Shown here: positions 10,508 through 22,519 of the stretch, piece by piece
Numbering within the stretch: the first letter of the stretch is position 1
Layout: each line of letters starts with the position of its first letter
Source of the DNA: an uncultured delta proteobacterium
Lineage (GTDB): Bacteria > Desulfobacterota > Syntrophobacteria > Syntrophobacterales > Syntrophobacteraceae
Direction: 5' to 3'
Assembly (NCBI GenBank): GCA_963808625.1
Contig: CAWEHK010000018.1
Span: 96,001 to 160,000, forward strand
DNA: 64,000 bases
Position numbers and translations under genes: made by a program
The notes under the pieces: generated by a model
The model's database searches: none
What the model was told of the DNA's origin: nothing
The model's input: only the letters and a program-made list of their open reading frames with translations

Positions 10508-11521
10508 ATGGGTGATAAAGTTGTCAACGTTCTCGTCATCCTGATCACGGCGGCTGTATTCGTCATAATTGTTGCCGGGATGCGTGCCGCTGCTTCAATC
10601 ATCAATCCTTTCCTGATAGCGGTTTTTCTCTCTTCCCTCTGTGCGCCCCTGCTTTATTGGCTGCAGCGCCGGGGTGTTCCGAATGGCTTGGCAGTTGCCG
10701 CCATTGTCTTGGGACTTCTGGTGGTCGCGCTCCTTCTCATGATATTTACGGGGAGATCGTTGAATACTCTGGCGCAGCAAGTTCCGGTGTATCAAGAACG
10801 CCTTACGGAGCTCATAGCCCAGGTCTTCGACCGGCTAAACAATCTGGGTTTGGATATGACCCTATCGCCGTTGACCGATTTTGTCACCCCGGGAAGAGTC
10901 ATGAGCCTGGTTTCCTATTGCCTGTCGATCTTCAGGGCTTTATTTACGAACATGTTTCTGATTTTGCTCTTCGTCCTCTTTATTCTGCTGGAGACGGCGG
11001 GGTTTCCCCGGAAGCTGCAGGCTGCCTTTCCCGATCCGGAAGGAACCCTGGGCCATTTCAAAACCATGACGGCAAATGTAAATCGTTATATGGGATTTAA
11101 AGCGCTCTTCAGTCTGGCCACCGGGGTTTCTCTGTGGATCCTGTTGGCTCTTATCGGGGTCGAGTTCGCCGGGACCTGGGGGATGCTGGCATTTTTTTTG
11201 AACTTTATCCCGGCAATCGGTTCATTTATTGCCGCAATACCACCAATGATCTGGGCTTTGGTTCAGCTGGGTCTTCCCTCCGCCTTGTTCACTTTGCTGG
11301 CGTTTCTTGTCGTGAATATCGTCATCGGCAACCTCCTGGAACCAAGATTTATGGGGCACAGGTTGGGGTTGTCTCCTCTGGTCGTGATTCTTTCGATGAT
11401 ATTCTGGGGGTGGGTTTTGGGCCCCATCGGGATGGTGCTTTCAGTTCCACTCACCATGATCGGCAAAATAGCGCTTGCCACCAATGAAGACACCCGGTGG
11501 ATTGCCGTTATGCTGGAATAG
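10508..11521 (+). CDS. AI-2E (PerM/TqsA) family transporter
   Basis: 337 aa; 'LNFIPAIGS', 'GNLLEPRFMG', 'FWGWVLGPIGMVLSVPLT'. Confidence 0.9.
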   Translation: MGDKVVNVLVILITAAVFVIIVAGMRAAASIINPFLIAVFLSSLCAPLLYWLQRRGVPNGLAVAAIVLGLLVVALLLMIFTGRSLNTLAQQVPVYQERLTELIAQVFDRLNNLGLDMTLSPLTDFVTPGRVMSLVSYCLSIFRALFTNMFLILLFVLFILLETAGFPRKLQAAFPDPEGTLGHFKTMTANVNRYMGFKALFSLATGVSLWILLALIGVEFAGTWGMLAFFLNFIPAIGSFIAAIPPMIWALVQLGLPSALFTLLAFLVVNIVIGNLLEPRFMGHRLGLSPLVVILSMIFWGWVLGPIGMVLSVPLTMIGKIALATNEDTRWIAVMLE

Positions 11522-11613
11522 GGCCTTATCCCGGCAAACCCCGCCATGAAAAGCATCATTACCGATCTTGCCGGAACGGGCTCGGTCCTTACCCACTCCG
11601 AAAGGAAACGACC

Positions 11614-12907
11614 ATGCCCATGACCTATTACTTCATCAGCGATCTGCACATCGGGGGCGATGAGGCCCTCGGCGTCTGTGATTACGAGGCAGAGCTGATC
11701 GAGTTCCTGGAAAAGCTCGCGGGGCAGAAGGAAGACGCCGAACTCCTGATTATTGGTGATATCTTCGGCCTGTGGGAATTTACCGACCTCAAGGGGCCGG
11801 AGAAGCTCAAGGCGGTAATGGATCAGTTCCCAAATATCTTCAAGGCCTTACAGAATACCGGAAAGACGGTTGGGATCACCATGCTGCCCGGAAATCACGA
11901 CTATGAAATCGCCTGCTACCCTGAGTTCGTGGAAATGTTGAAACCGTATCATATCCACTTGGAGCAAACCCCGGCGATAACCAGAGAGATCGCGGGCAAG
12001 CGGATCTGGATCGAGCACGGCAACCAATACGATGCCTACAACCATATGCCCGACTTTGGCAACCCCCATGCCCAGCCGATCGGTTATTTCATTACCAGCA
12101 GTGTAGTCAGTACCGCCGGAAAACATTCGAAATTCGGAAAATACAATTGGTTAAAAGATATCCAGTCGGTCTATCCCTCAGAGCAAATTCCGTATTGGGT
12201 TCTGTCGAATTACTTCTACCAGGAGATGAGTCCTTTGCTGCGCTGGCTGATCCTGCCATTCGTGTTCTTGGCCGGATTCGAGATTTTCGTTTTGGGCGGG
12301 GCCGCGCTTGAGTGGCTTGGCAAAACCGATACCAATATCTTCCTCAACAACCGGCTGTTTAGTGCTCTGGGCATCGTCGGCAACCTGGTGCAGATGATCC
12401 TCATGGTCAACACCGTCCTTTTTGTGAACTTTGTCGCCCTGGCGGTGCCGCTCTACCTGATTTGGCGGGACTTCAAGGCAACCTTGCAACGATTTCGGAT
12501 CGTGTTGGATCCATCCGAACTGAGCAGCGAAAAAGAACAGCAATACTTGGAGGCGGCCCAAAAAGTCTTCGATCAGGATCCGGACACCAGCAATCTTTAT
12601 TTACGGCCACACCCATTTTCCCTCGCTGCGAAAATTCGGCCATCGGGTGGTGATCAACACCGGTACCTGGCTGAAAAGGCTTGATGATGTGCCAACCCGC
12701 TTCCGCTTCTTGCCCAAAATCTATGTTCCATTCTTTTGTCTTAACTATTTCAGGATCAGCGAGATCGAGGGCAAGATCGCCATCGACTACCACAGGATCG
12801 ACAAGGAGCAGCCAAAAGATTTGAGCTTTTTGCAGCGTTTGTTGATTTTCAAAAGACGCCGCCGGTCACCGGACCCCATTCCTGAGCGAACCTTGCTTGA
12901 GACCTGA
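11614..12907 (+). CDS. Calcineurin-like metallophosphoesterase with internal TM insertion (frameshift near 12589)
   Basis: Motifs SDLHIG, GDIF, GNHD, EHGN in ORF 11497-12684. Removing one base gives AIFIYGHTH...VINTGTW, continuing into ORF 12647-12907. Confidence 0.75.
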
Positions 12908-13116
12908 GGCTGCAATATTTGTCCAAGTCAACTCTTTGAGCGGGTCCGCGCCGGGAATGGTGTAGGCATGCTGAACCGAGAATGCTCCTGTCATCAACTT
13001 GACAAACTGGCAGAAAGTCCCCAAATGGCGTTTCCCCGATCTTTAAACCCCATTGAAATTTGACGGTCTTGTATCCATCATCACTTGCCAGACACATCAT
13101 GGCGCCTCGAATCCCA

Positions 13117-13141
13117 TTGACAGCATCCATGAATAGGTGCT
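13117..13141 (+). promoter_or_regulatory. Second copy of TTGACAGCATCCA...AGGTGCT motif upstream of the sulfatase operon
   Basis: 13 bp identical to 7787-7799, plus AGGTGCT. Confidence 0.4.
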
Positions 13142-13398
13142 GACTGAAATCTCTATTGGTTGGGCCAGGAGTTCAAACGAAACGCCATGTAATGGAAAGA
13201 GGCCTTGAAAAGTTCGCTCTATGACCTGGAACCATGAATTTCGAAAATCCAGCCACAAACTATACTTATGGCCAAGAACTGCACTTGGATTTCATTGTGG
13301 GCCGGCATTTGCCCAAAGGTTGCCCCGGGCCTGGCCGGCTATTTCTATCAGCAGGCGACCGGGGACAGCGGCAAAGGGGCCAACTTTAGGAGCTTGTC

Positions 13399-14746
13399 AT
13401 GACCGGCGCCGCGATACCTCCTCGAATTCACGTCTTGGCCAAGCCCACCGGGGCAATATGTAATCTTAAGTGTTCCTACTGCTTTTTTCTGAACAAGGAG
13501 CGTCTCTATCCCGGCAGTCACTTTCGCATGAGCGATGAAGTGCTGGAGACCTACATCCGCCAGCTCATAGAGTACCATCGCAGCCCCCAAGTGACGGTTT
13601 CCTGGCAGGGGGGGGAGCCCACTTTGATGGGGATCGACTTCTTCCGGCGGGCCATCGACCACCAGTATCGATACAAGAAGCCCGGCATGGTCTTCGAGAA
13701 CACCCTGCAGACCAACGGCACGCTCTTAAACGAGGAGTGGTGCGAGTTTTTCAAAGAACATAACTTCCTCATCGGCATCAGCATCGACGGGCCGCGCCAC
13801 CTGCACGATGTTTACCGGCGGGACAAACAGGGCCGACCGACTTTCGACAGGGTAATGCAGGGCCTCCGGTTGTTGCAGAAGCATGGGGTTGAGGTACAAC
13901 ATTCTGATTACCGTCAATCGCATCAATGCCGACCATCCCCTGGAGGTCTACCGGTTCCTGCGGGATGAAGCCGGCACCACCTGGATCCAGTTCATTCCCG
14001 CCATCGAGCGCCTGAGCGAAGGGAAAGTCACCATTTACCAGGAAGGGACGACGGTCTCGGAGCGCTCGGTCAAACCGAAGCAGTTCGGCCATTTCCTGAT
14101 CACTATTTTTGATGAATGGGTGCGCCACGACGTGGGCACGGTGTTTGTGCAGACCTTCGAGGCCGCGGTGAGGAATTGGCTGGGGCTGCCCTCCTCCGGC
14201 ATGTGTGTCTTCAATGCCACCTGCGGCCACGGGCTTGCCCTGGAGCATAACGGGGATCTCTACGCCTGCGACCATTTCGTGGAGCCCAAATATCTTCTGG
14301 GCAATATCCAGCAAAGCCACCTGCTGGAGTTAGTGGCCTCCGAACCGCAGCGCACCTTTGGCCGCAGCAAGCTGGAGGCCCTGCCCCGCTCCTGCCGGGA
14401 ATGTGAGGTCTGGTTCGCCTGCAAGGGGGAATGTCCCAAGAACCGGTTTCTCACCACCCCGGAGGGGGAGCCTGGACTGAACTATTTGTGTGCCGGCTAT
14501 AAGGCCTTTTTTCGCCACATCGACCGGCCCCTGAAGATCATGGCTCAATTGCTGCGCAAGGAACAGCCGGCCGCTCTGGTGATGGAGGTCCTGGCCGCAG
14601 AGGAAGCCCGACAGGCTTCTGTTCGGGGCAAGGTGGGGCGCAACGATCCCTGTCCGTGCGGCAGCGGGCTCAAGTTTAAAAAATGCCACTGCCACAGTAA
14701 CCCTGCCGAACCCGAGAAGAGCCTTCCGCAGGGGAGTCGCACTTAA
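13399..14746 (+). CDS. Anaerobic sulfatase maturase (anSME, radical SAM/SPASM) with C-terminal SEC-C motif (frameshift near 13894)
   Basis: CNLKCSYC, WQGGEPTL, SIDGP, SPASM cysteines (C..CG, YACDH, CRECxxxxACKGECPK, NYLC) and KVGRNDPCPCGSG; one extra G splits ORFs 13399-13968 and 13883-14746. Confidence 0.9.
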
Positions 14747-14856
14747 TCTTGGGATCAAGGAAAAGTGATGTCGCCAAACCCATCAGGAAAGACCTGGAGC
14801 AGGACTGGCGGACTCGTGATTAAAGTTCACCGTTAACCACACAGCAAGGAGGAGTT

Positions 14857-16347
<1,491 letters not shown>

Positions 16348-16850
16348 CTTTTCTGCCAGGCCCTGTCCCTGGCGAAAGGGAACAATCCCCCGTAAGTCCT
16401 TGACCCCGTCTCTGAGCATGGGTCGCCATGCCTTCCCTCAAACAACCCGAACAGTTGCCCGGGCCGCAAAGAGCCCGAATCTGCAAGGCTGGGAGTTGGA
16501 GGATTGATGATGGACCTTGAACGTTTCATAGGTTTTGATGTCTCTAAGGAGCTGCTGGAGATTGCCATCTTGCCTGAAAAGGAGACATGGAGCAGTAGGA
16601 ATGATGAGGCAGGAGTCGAGGCATTGGTCAAACGGCTCAAAGGACTTAGTCCGAGTCTCATCGTGCTTGAGGCCACAGGCGGGCTAGAGACACTCGTATT
16701 GGCCTCCCTGGCCGCGGCCGGTCTTTCAGTGTGCATCATCAACCCGCGCCAAGTCCGCAGATTGCCAAGGCAACGGAGACGTTGCCAAAAACGGATAGAA
16801 TCGATGCCAACATATCAGCCCAGTTTGGCCAGAAGCTTCTTACACCCGCC
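16348..16850 (+). mobile_element. Truncated IS110-family element: non-coding left end plus frameshifted N-terminal DEDD recombinase fragment
   Basis: ORF from 16504: 'IGFDVSK', 'IVLEATGG', 'INPRQVR'; shifted frame continues AKATETLPKTDRIDANISAQFG; the C-terminal half is absent. Confidence 0.85.
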
Positions 16851-17029
16851 TCATTGCAGCGGGCAAAGGAGTCAAGGTGGCATTGACGGCATGTATGAGA
16901 AAGTTACTCACAATCCTTAATGCCATAATTAAAAAATCATAAACCCTGGCAACAATCTTTCGCCGCCACCGTTGACAATTAATACAGTTGCTCAGGGCGA
17001 ACGGACTTTTGCATGCATAAGGTGCTGAA

Positions 17030-17085
17030 TTTCCGTTCGTGGTGAGGTATCGAACGACGAATGGAAATAGTTCTGCAAGAGGCTC
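17030..17085. repeat. REP-like hairpin followed by an IS-end-like 12-mer
   Basis: TTTCCGTTCGT...ACGAATGGAAA stem around GGTGAGGTATCGAACG; TGCAAGAGGCTC at 17074-17085. Confidence 0.5.
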
Positions 17086-17281
17086 CCCTTTCTGTTATGA
17101 TTTCATTGTCCACCCGGAGGATCGGGCTCTGCTCGGGAGCAACCCGAGCGCCGAGGTGGGTGAACGACGAAGGGGCAGGTCACCTCCCTCGTTCCCTTTA
17201 AGGAATTAGGCCGACCCAGGGCCAAAAGACGGAGCCCCTGAAGACATCGCAGAATCTCCCCCAATGGAAAGGTAATATGAT

Positions 17282-17806
17282 ATGAAGATCGCATCCCTGT
17301 TGGCAATGCTTGTGTTTGGCTTCGCATGTACGGTATCCAGAGGGCCGGGTTATAGTGACCAGGCGGTGGCGAGGGTCGACCTGGAGCGCTACATGGGGAA
17401 ATGGTACGAGATTGCATCTTTTCCAGCCTGGTTTCAACGGGACTGCTTCTGCACGACGGCGGAATATGAGCTCAGAGGAGATCATGTCTGGGTCAAAAAC
17501 AGTTGCCGCAAGGGGTCCCCGGGCGGGGATCTCGACGTTGCGACGGCAAAGGCTTTCGCCGTTGCCGGCAGCAACAATTCCCGCCTCAAGGTACAGTTTT
17601 TCTGGCCTTTCAAAGGAGACTACTGGATCATCGCCCTTGATGACAATTATCAATATGCCATGGTGGGTCACCCCGACAGGGAGTATTTGTGGATCCTGTC
17701 GAGGACTCCGGAGATGCCGGAGAATGTGTACCTGAGCTTGGTTGAGACCGCTCGCGAAAAGGGATATGACGTAACGAAACTCAGGAAGACACTTTGTGCC
17801 GATTAG
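17282..17806 (+). CDS. blc: Bacterial lipocalin (Blc-like lipoprotein)
   Basis: Lipobox-like 'GFAC'; 'VDLERYMGKWYEIA', 'LKVQFFWPFKGDYWII', 'YLWILSRTP'. Confidence 0.88.
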   Translation: MKIASLLAMLVFGFACTVSRGPGYSDQAVARVDLERYMGKWYEIASFPAWFQRDCFCTTAEYELRGDHVWVKNSCRKGSPGGDLDVATAKAFAVAGSNNSRLKVQFFWPFKGDYWIIALDDNYQYAMVGHPDREYLWILSRTPEMPENVYLSLVETAREKGYDVTKLRKTLCAD

Positions 17807-18071
17807 GGGGATATGCAGCACGTTGAGGCTGATGAAGCACTCCGGGGCCGCAGGTTTTCCGGTAATCGGCCAAGTGAAAGCTTTTGTAGATGATGTTGCC
17901 CACGGTCTCTTCCCGGGAAGAGACTTTCACCTTGGCATGGCCTCTTCCATGAGCCGAAGTTTAGCCAAGAACGCTTGCCGAAACGAGGGCAAGAGGCTAA
18001 GATCTCTCACGTCTTAGAATTATGCGTCAACAGTTGACGGCATCTTCGGGAAGAACAAGGGAGCAATCTCC

Positions 18072-19109
18072 GTGCGCTATCTCCCCCTGGGAAAAACCGG
18101 GATTGAGGCCTCCGAGGTCGGTTTCGGCGGCATCCCGATCATCCGCCTATCCACTGATGAGGCAATCCGGGTGCTTCGACGGGCCTTTGACCGGGGAATC
18201 AATCTTTACGATACCGCCAACATGTACCTCGACAGCGAGGAAAAGATCGGCCTGGCCTTCGATGGTCTGCGCCATCAGGTGGTCCTGGCCACCAAAACCA
18301 TCAAGCGCGACGCTGCCGGTGCTGCGGCCCATATCGAACAAAGCCTCCGCTTGTTGCGCACCGACTACCTGGACCTCTTTCAATTCCATCAGGTTTCTCA
18401 GGAAGCTGACTATCAAGCGCTTATCGGGCCGCAGGGTGCCCTGGAAGCCGTCACCCGCGCCAAACAATCCGGCGAGATCAGGCACATAGGGTTCTCATCC
18501 CACAGCCTTGAGATGGCTACGCGGCTCATCCGGACCGGGTTGTTCAGCACCGTCCAGTTCCCCTTCAATTTTCTGGAGGATGCCGCCGGGGAGGTGCTGC
18601 ACCCAATGGCAAGGGAGCTGGGCGTGGCTATTTTAGCGATGAAACCCTTTGGCGGCGGAATGCTTGAGAACGCCGGGCTGTGCTTCAAATTTCTGCGACA
18701 ATGGCCCGACGTCATCCCTTTGCCCGGTTTCGAAACCGTGGCAGGCGTCGATGAGATCGTCGCTTTCTATGATACCGAGAACGTAGTATCTCCGGAAGAT
18801 CTGGCGGCTATGGAGCGGTGCCGGCTGGAAATCGGGCAGCAGTTTTGTCGGCGCTGCGAATACTGTCAGCCATGCCCCCACGGGGTCATGATCACCCCGT
18901 CCATGATCTATCCGGTGATTGCCCATCGGATGTCTCCCGCCAAGGCCGCCCGCTTTTCCGCAAAAGCCATGGAATCGGTCGCGAACTGCATCGAATGCGG
19001 CGAGTGTCTCGAGCGCTGTCCCTATGGCCTGCCCATTCCCGAGATGATTCGAAGACACTACGCCATGTTTGAGGAGCACCTTGCCTGGGCGGAAAGGGCC
19101 GCGGGATAG
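18072..19109 (+). CDS. Aldo/keto reductase with C-terminal 2x[4Fe-4S] domain
   Basis: GTG start; 'LGKTG', 'GINLYDTANMY', 'AMKPFGGG'; CRRCEYCQPCP and CIECGECLERCP. Confidence 0.9.
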   Translation: MRYLPLGKTGIEASEVGFGGIPIIRLSTDEAIRVLRRAFDRGINLYDTANMYLDSEEKIGLAFDGLRHQVVLATKTIKRDAAGAAAHIEQSLRLLRTDYLDLFQFHQVSQEADYQALIGPQGALEAVTRAKQSGEIRHIGFSSHSLEMATRLIRTGLFSTVQFPFNFLEDAAGEVLHPMARELGVAILAMKPFGGGMLENAGLCFKFLRQWPDVIPLPGFETVAGVDEIVAFYDTENVVSPEDLAAMERCRLEIGQQFCRRCEYCQPCPHGVMITPSMIYPVIAHRMSPAKAARFSAKAMESVANCIECGECLERCPYGLPIPEMIRRHYAMFEEHLAWAERAAG

Positions 19110-19149
19110 CGGCTGTTAATCCGAAACCGACACTGAGAGAGGAGGGTTT

Positions 19150-19761
19150 ATGCGTCGTTTTGGCATGATGATTTTGGGGTTCTTGATGGTGTTGTCCCTC
19201 TGTGCCGCAGCTTGGGCGGCAAGCGAGCAGGCCGTGAAACTGCGAGGCCGGAATGCCTTGTCCGAATACATGCCGCCCGAGGCTTTTCTTTCAGGCAATT
19301 TTGTGGCGGATGAGGTCGAACCGGTCTTCATTTTCGGAAAGGTGAGGGATTTTGCCAAAGCGCGCTCCTGTACGACCACCTGGCTGATCGAAGAGGGAGA
19401 AAAAAAACGGGTCGCGGCCTGGGACCGCCAAGCGGGCCCGATCGAGTACACCCTTTACCTGGAGGAAGACTGTCCGGGACAGGTCGCCTACTACGTCTTC
19501 GTCGACAGGTCTGAGGCCAATCTCAGCCAATGGATGAACTGGCGCCAGCAGTTTCACAAGAGCAAGACGGAGCCCCAGTACGGCACGGTCAAAACCGGCC
19601 TTGAACAGGCTGCTCAAACCGGGTTCCCTGTGGCCGCCGAGTTGCGCTTTGTCGAAATCAACGGCGATTTGTCGCTGAAGAAACCTGAAGAAGTTTTGAT
19701 CGCCGAACTCAAAGTGCAACCACTCTACGATCTTAAGCAGGGCAAAACGCTAACCAAATAA
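19150..19761 (+). CDS. Hypothetical exported protein
   Basis: 203 aa, RBS GGAGG, signal peptide ending AWA; co-oriented between two AKR genes. Confidence 0.7.
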   Translation: MRRFGMMILGFLMVLSLCAAAWAASEQAVKLRGRNALSEYMPPEAFLSGNFVADEVEPVFIFGKVRDFAKARSCTTTWLIEEGEKKRVAAWDRQAGPIEYTLYLEEDCPGQVAYYVFVDRSEANLSQWMNWRQQFHKSKTEPQYGTVKTGLEQAAQTGFPVAAELRFVEINGDLSLKKPEEVLIAELKVQPLYDLKQGKTLTK

Positions 19762-19854
19762 CCGAAACCGGCTCGGTCCCGTCGGCCTTTTGCCGCAAGC
19801 CTATGTGCTGAACCGCAAAAAGCCCGGACCTTTAATTACTTGGAGGTGGCTGTT

Positions 19855-21080
19855 ATGGCAGAGAAGGAATCAAAAGAGGGGTTGACCCGTCGAAACTTCA
19901 TCAGGACTGTCGGACTTGGCGGGATAGCGGCAACAGGCATCGAGATCGACCGGGCGATGGCGGCCCCGGCGCAGGCTGCGGGCCAGGCCCAAACCGTACC
20001 CAAGCGAAAGCTGGGGAAAACCGGGGTCGAGGTCTCTGATTCTCTGTTTGGGCGGGATGTTTGACACGATCAACAACCAGTTGCTGCTCAAACAGGCCTA
20101 CAACTGGGGAGTGACTTACTGGGACACGGCCGAAGGGTACGGCAACGGCAGAAGCGAAGAGGGCTTCGGCCGCTTTTTCAGCCGAAATCCCGAAGCCCGC
20201 AAGGAGATTTTCCTCGTCACCAAAACCCGTCCCGGCACGCCCGAGAAAATGACCGAGCAGCCTGGAGAAGAGCCTGAAAGAAATGCAGACCGATTACGTG
20301 GATATGTTTTTTGTCCACGCTATCACGGCTTCCAGTGAGCTTGGCGACCCCATCAGGGAGTGGGCGGCGAAAATGAAGAAGGCCGGCAAAATGAAGTTTT
20401 TCGGGTTCAGCACCCACACCAACATGGAGGATTGCCTGCTGGGCGCGGCCAAAATGAACTGGATCGACGGGATCATGTTTTCCTACAATTTTCGACTCAT
20501 GAACACCCCGAAAATGAAAGAAGCGCTGGCCGCCTGCGTCGACGCCGGCATCGGCCTGGTAGCCATGAAGACCCAGGGCAGCGGACCGGCCAAGGCCGAG
20601 AGTGAGATCGAATTGCAGGCGGTCAATAGATTCCTCGAACGCGGATTTACCGACAAGCAGGCCAAGCTGAAGGTCGTGTGGGAAAATCCCCACATTGCCA
20701 GCATTTGTTCTCAGATGCCCAGTCTGACCATCCTTTCGGCCAACGTGGCGGCCGCCCGGGACCTCACCAAGATGGGCCGCAGCGACCTCGATCTGTTCGA
20801 GAGGTTCGCCATGGATACCTGCTCAGGGTATTGCGCCGGTTGCGGCCGCATCTGCCAGGAGGCTGTGGGCGGGGCTGTACCGGTGAGCGATGTGATGCGC
20901 TGCTTGATGTACTACCGGGATTACGGCGACCGCGATCTGGCCCGGAATGTCTTTGCCGGTCTTTCCGGGGAAGCCAGAGCAAAACTGACCGAAGTTGACT
21001 ATGCCGGGGCCGAAAGGGCCTGCCCTCAGGGATTGGCCATCGCCAAACTCATGCGTGAGGCTGCACGCGTGCTGGTTTGA
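19855..21080 (+). CDS. Tat-signal aldo/keto reductase with C-terminal Fe-S cysteines (frameshifts near 20038 and 20261)
   Basis: 'LTRRNFIR' twin-arginine motif; 'LGKTG', 'YWDTAEGYG', 'VAMKTQ', CAGCGRIC and 'ERACP'; three ORF pieces each joined by removing one base. Confidence 0.8.
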
Positions 21081-21112
21081 CGGTCTGCATCTCATCTGAC
21101 CGTTCACAATGG

Positions 21113-21162
21113 CCGCGGATAAACAGATGAGGACGCAGATCTTTGCTCCGCTTTATCCGCGT
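21113..21162. repeat. Intergenic inverted repeat between convergent genes
   Basis: CGCGGATAAA...TTTATCCGCG enclosing CAGAT units. Confidence 0.5.
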
Positions 21163-21210
21163 CTCCGTGATGACACCATGAACGAACTCTAGTGGTTTGT
21201 AGTGGGCGCT

Positions 21211-22436
21211 TCAGCGCTTGTTCTTGCGGGGTACTTTGAGCATAACGATCAGCCCCGCAATGAAGAAAACTTCAAGAGACAGGATGGCGATACGGGGGTT
21301 GTTTGTCTGCTGTGAGATGACCCCGTAGAGCAAAGGCCCGAAGATCGCGGCAACCTTCGAGCCGAAGGTCATGAAGCCAAAGAACTCGCCCTGCTTTTCA
21401 GGGGGCGACTCAAGTGCGATGAAGCTCCGCGCGGTCGCCTGGGTCCCGCCCAGAACCAGCCCTGCGCAAACCGAAAGCACATAGAAGGCGGAAGTGCTGG
21501 AGAAGGCAAAGATCCCGAGAAGTGCCCCAATCCACACCACGATGGTCAGGATCACCGTCTGCAGGGCGCCGATTCGTCTGGCGATGAATCCCGTGGCGAT
21601 TGACCCGGCGGCGGCGGAGAGCTGGATGATCATGAGCAGCATAACGTTCTGCCGCACACTGAAATGAAGGGTGTGTACGGTGTAGGAAGAAAAGAAGACG
21701 ATGATGGTCGACATCGCGTCGCTCACAAAGAAATATCCGAGAAGAAAGACGAAGACCGTTCGGAACGATCGAATTTCCTTAAAGGTCGCGAGGATGCGGA
21801 GAAAGCCGTCCTTGATGGAGGCGCCCTCGATTCTTGCCGAATTCGGGGAGTCTTTCAAAACAACGAATGCAGGCAGGGCGAAGACGGCGAACATAACCCC
21901 CGTGAGCAGGATAATGGCTTTTCCCTCGGCAACGCTCGGCACCATAAACACCATACACAAAAGCGCGGTCAGACCGCCGATATAGCCCAATCCCCAGCCA
22001 AGGCCCGAGAGTTTCTCAATCGATTCGGCCCCGGCAATCTCGGGGAGGAAAGCGTTGTAGAAGGTCATGGCGAGCGTGTAGCCCGTATAACCGGTGATCA
22101 CCAGAAGCATTGCCGGCAATACCGTGTCCGGTCCGGTGAAGTACAGGAGAACCGTGCTGACGATCGATACCCCGGCAGCCGCAGCCAGGAAGGTCTTCTT
22201 CTTTCCCCGCATGTCGGCTACCGCTCCCAGCAGAGGTGAGAGCACCACCGAGAGCAGCATGGCGGTGGAAACCGCGATCCCCCAAAGAAAATCCCCGTGC
22301 CCCTTGTCCCCTCCGACCACCACTTCTTTGAAATAGAGGATGAAGTAAGCGGTGATATGACCATGGAGAACCAGGCCATGCCGAAATCATAGAGAATCCA
22401 AGCGATGATTGCTGACGACGGCCTGGTTTTAGCCAT
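21211..22436 (-). CDS. MFS transporter (UMF1/Atg22-like; frameshift near 22355)
   Basis: 'AWILYDF' N-terminus in ORF 22218-22478; 'SPLLGAVAD', 'FYNAFLP', 'SGLGWGLGY', 'GEFFG' in ORF 21211-22323. Confidence 0.8.
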
Positions 22437-22519
22437 GGTATTCACCTGTGTCGGGGGGTGGGAAATGGTGCCGGGCATGGAACTCCCGGGTCATTTTCAG
22501 CTGAACCTCTTGAAAGAGT

